Source of the DNA: an uncultured Lachnospiraceae bacterium
Lineage (GTDB): Bacteria; Bacillota; Clostridia; Oscillospirales; CAG-272
NCBI GenBank assembly: GCA_964525525.1
Contig: CAZGHD010000002.1
Coordinates: forward strand, 1 to 52,486
Direction: 5' to 3'
DNA length: 52,486 nt
Shown here: piece after piece, positions 49,933 to 52,486 of the stretch
Position numbering within the stretch: position 1 is the stretch's first letter
How the letters are laid out: each line of letters begins with the position of its first letter
The notes under the pieces: model-generated
Database searches by the model: none
The model's input: only the letters and a program-made list of their open reading frames with translations
What the model was told of the DNA's origin: nothing
Made by a program: the position numbers and the translations under genes

Positions 49933-51183
49933 ATGACCTCCGTAAACGGACTCACCCGTAATGAGATCGAAACAGCTCTCAAAGAATCTATAAAAGGACT
50001 TGAACTCAAAAAAGTTCTCCTTCTCCCGCCCGACTACACAAGAATGTACTCCGGCGCAGGAATCATTACCAACATCTATTATAATATGCTCAAAGATTCG
50101 TGCGAGGTGGACATCATGCCCGCACTCGGCACTCACGAGCCGATGACCCGCGAAGAATGTACCGCGTTTTTCGGCGAAGACGTTCCGTTTGAGCGCATTC
50201 TCGTTCACAACTGGCGCACCGACGTTGTAAAGCTTGGCGAAGTTCCTGCGGAATTCGTATCAGAAGTTTCCGAAGGGCTTGTAAACGACAAGATCGACGT
50301 TGAAGTAAACCGCCGTCTCACCGATCCGTCCTACGACCTTATAATCTCTATCGGACAGGTCGTTCCGCATGAGGTCGTCGGTATGGCAAATTACTCTAAA
50401 AACATTTTCGTCGGTTGCGGCGGAAGTAATATGATAAACAGTTCGCACATGCTCGGCGCATTCTACGGAATGGAGCGCATTATGGGTAAGGATTTCTCCC
50501 CCGTTCGCCGCGTATTTGACTATGCGGAGCAGAATTTTATCGCGCATATTCCGCTGATGTACGTTCTTACCGTCACCACTAACACGGGTGACGAAACCCA
50601 CATACACAGCCTCTATACCGGACGCAGCAGAGACCTGTTTGAAGCCGCTGTCAAGGACAGCCAGAACACTAACCTCACTTACGTTGACAAGCCTCTCAAA
50701 AAGGTCGTCGTTTATCTTGACGAGCGTGAATTCAAGAGCACTTGGCTTGGTAATAAAGCTATTTACCGCACCCGTATGGCTATTGCTGACGGCGGAGAGC
50801 TTATAGTTTTGGCTCCCGGCGTGCGTAAATTCGGCGAAGACGAAGCCAACGACGCGCTTATCAGAAAATACGGCTACGTTGGACGCGAAAAAGTGCTTGA
50901 GCTCGTAAAAGAACACGAAGACCTCAAAGAAAATCTCTCTGTCGCGGCTCATCTTATCCACGGCTCATCCGACGGACGTTTTTCAATAACTTACGCGACC
51001 GAAAAACTCTCAAAAGAGGAAGTTGAGGGCGCCGCATTCGGATATATGCCGTACGCAGAAGCAGCCAAGAGATACGATCCTAATCTGCTCAAGGACGGAT
51101 TCAACAAGACCGAGGACGGAGAAGAATTCTTCTATATAAGCAATCCCGCGCTCGGACTCTGGTCATGTAAGGACGAAAAATGA
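49933..51183 (+). CDS. LarA-like (DUF2088, lactate-racemase N-terminal domain family) protein
   Basis: LLLPPDYTRM, ALGTHEPMTREE and DLIISIGQVVPHEVVGMANYSKNIFVG parallel the LarA blocks SSDHTRP, ATGFHRPST.EE and DLLISEGFIESHFFAGFSGGRK. The start could also be GTG 49918. Confidence 0.5.
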   Translation: MTSVNGLTRNEIETALKESIKGLELKKVLLLPPDYTRMYSGAGIITNIYYNMLKDSCEVDIMPALGTHEPMTREECTAFFGEDVPFERILVHNWRTDVVKLGEVPAEFVSEVSEGLVNDKIDVEVNRRLTDPSYDLIISIGQVVPHEVVGMANYSKNIFVGCGGSNMINSSHMLGAFYGMERIMGKDFSPVRRVFDYAEQNFIAHIPLMYVLTVTTNTGDETHIHSLYTGRSRDLFEAAVKDSQNTNLTYVDKPLKKVVVYLDEREFKSTWLGNKAIYRTRMAIADGGELIVLAPGVRKFGEDEANDALIRKYGYVGREKVLELVKEHEDLKENLSVAAHLIHGSSDGRFSITYATEKLSKEEVEGAAFGYMPYAEAAKRYDPNLLKDGFNKTEDGEEFFYISNPALGLWSCKDEK

Positions 51184-52037
51184 TGTCTCTAAAAACAATA
51201 GACCTGCACACGCACACAACCGCGAGTGACGGCTCAATGTCCCCGACAGAACTCGTTCGCCACGCCGCAGAATCGGGACTTTCTGCCATCGCAGTAACCG
51301 ATCACGACTGCACGGACGGACTTGACGAGGCACTTGAAGCGGGAAAAAGATTCGGAATAGAGGTCGTTCCTGCGATCGAGCTGTCAGTTCAAAGCGATAC
51401 CGAAACTCACATTCTCGGTTTTTGTATAGACTACAAAAGCAAGCCGCTTCTTGACAAGCTTGAAGAAGTACGCGAGTTTCGCCGCAAGAGAAACTGCGAG
51501 ATATGCGACAAGCTGAAAGACCTCGGCATTAATATCTCGTTTGACGAGGTAGCCGCTACTGCAACGGGAAGACTTTTCGGCAGTACTCACTTCGCCGCGG
51601 TCCTTCTCAAAAAAGGCTACGTTTCTTCAATGCGGGAAGCTTTTGATAAATATCTCGCGTACGGACGCCCCGCGCATTCGCACTTGCAGTGCCTTTCTCC
51701 CGAGGAAGGTGTCTCCCTCATAAAAGAAGCAGGCGGCGGCGCATTTCTGGCACACCCGCACCTGATAAAGATAAGCGACGAACAGTTAGTATCGCTTATA
51801 AAACGTCTCAAAGCCGCAGGACTTGACGGAATTGAAGGCTACTATACTGATTACACATCGCAAATGCAAGAGAAATTTCACGGTCTCGCGCGCGAGCTTG
51901 GCCTTATGGTATCCGGCGGAACAGATTATCACGGAATACATAAGCCTCACATAACTATCGGAAAAGGGCTCGGAAATATGGGCGTACCCTACTCCGTTCT
52001 CGAAAAGATCAAAAAAATAAGGAATCGCCTTAAATGA
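51180..52037 (+). CDS. PHP-domain phosphoesterase (TrpH/YciV family)
   Basis: IDLHTHTTASDGSMSPTELVRHAAESGLSAIAVTDHD...HILGF...AHP...GGTDYHG. ATGA overlap with the preceding gene. Confidence 0.85.
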   Translation: MMSLKTIDLHTHTTASDGSMSPTELVRHAAESGLSAIAVTDHDCTDGLDEALEAGKRFGIEVVPAIELSVQSDTETHILGFCIDYKSKPLLDKLEEVREFRRKRNCEICDKLKDLGINISFDEVAATATGRLFGSTHFAAVLLKKGYVSSMREAFDKYLAYGRPAHSHLQCLSPEEGVSLIKEAGGGAFLAHPHLIKISDEQLVSLIKRLKAAGLDGIEGYYTDYTSQMQEKFHGLARELGLMVSGGTDYHGIHKPHITIGKGLGNMGVPYSVLEKIKKIRNRLK

Positions 52038-52141
52038 AGGAGTCCAATTCCCCAACATTAGCAATTCCTATAATAATAGTATATCACAAAATTATGAAAA
52101 GTCAACATTAAATTTAACTAAAATTTTCAAGGAGATATAAA

Positions 52142-52486
52142 ATGAAAAAATCAGACATCGGACTCATCGGTCTTGCCGTAATGGGTGAAAACCTCGTTAT
52201 GAACATGGAAAGCAAAGGTTTCTCCGTTTCGGTATACAACCGCACCACCGAAAAGGTGAAAAATTTCGTAGAGGGACGCGCAAAGGGTAAGAACATCGTT
52301 GGTACTTACTCTCTCAAGGAGCTTGTCGATTCTCTTGAAAAGCCCCGCAAGGTAATGATGATGATCAAAGCAGGCGAAGCTGTTGACAATATGATCGACC
52401 AGCTTATTCCTCTGCTTGAAGAAGGCGATATAATCATCGACGGCGGTAACTCCCACTTCCCGGACACTGCCCGCAGAACCGCATAC
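52142..52486 (+). CDS. gnd: 6-phosphogluconate dehydrogenase (decarboxylating), N-terminal part (runs off the window)
   Basis: Not in the ORF track (no stop inside the window). ATG 52142 with AAGGAG RBS. MKKSDIGLIGLAVMGENLVMNMESKGFSVSVYNRT...MMMIKAGEAVD...IIIDGGNSHF is the classic Gnd Rossmann N-terminus. Confidence 0.9.
   Translation, partial: MKKSDIGLIGLAVMGENLVMNMESKGFSVSVYNRTTEKVKNFVEGRAKGKNIVGTYSLKELVDSLEKPRKVMMMIKAGEAVDNMIDQLIPLLEEGDIIIDGGNSHFPDTARRTAY

Noticed and set aside
1-52486. CRISPR arrays, tRNA or rRNA genes
   Set aside because: No regularly spaced direct repeats with unique spacers were noticed. No tRNA-like cloverleaf or rRNA-like conserved stretches were seen in the intergenic regions.

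Overview
The window looks like a Clostridia-type chromosome, probably a ruminococcal or Oscillospiraceae relative. This rests on a dockerin-bearing giant protein, a T-box leader, and sigma-A-like TTGACA/TATAAT promoters. All family calls come from motif reading by eye; no searches were run.

Left flank (1-12.6 kb): a T-box-controlled TIM-barrel/AMP-ligase fusion gene, cut by the window edge. It is divergent from a glycyl-radical operon (activase plus two tandem ~770-aa GRE paralogs). Next come a Cys-rich FliB-like gene, a DUF1015-like gene and an ABC exporter.

Centre (12.6-48.3 kb): 19 consecutive minus-strand genes with no clean internal intrinsic terminator. The core (15.8-37.7 kb) is the most interesting part of the window. 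It holds at least six, possibly seven, secreted proteins (202 to 1750 aa) that carry SipW-cognate/TasA-like signal-peptide junctions ((S/T)(Y/F)AW(F/I/L)T). Five of them also carry TasA/camelysin-like terminal strand motifs. Also present are two archaeal/ER-type (SipW-like) signal peptidases with charged cytoplasmic tails, and a membrane-tethered McrB-type AAA+ NTPase with a coiled-coil partner in which no nuclease motif is visible. A degenerate HD-GYP/EAL protein is translationally coupled to a bitopic TasA-like membrane protein. I interpret this as a large, apparently undescribed SipW-dependent multi-subunit surface-fibre system.

Upstream in the same array lie a 2521-aa dockerin protein and a membrane-anchored cohesin-like protein. 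Downstream lie a low-GC Lgt-like/membrane gene pair and a BspA-type LRR surface protein.

Right flank: nrdR, cdd, a LarA-like gene, a PHP phosphoesterase and the 5' end of gnd.

No CRISPR array, rRNA/tRNA, transposase or integrase was seen.
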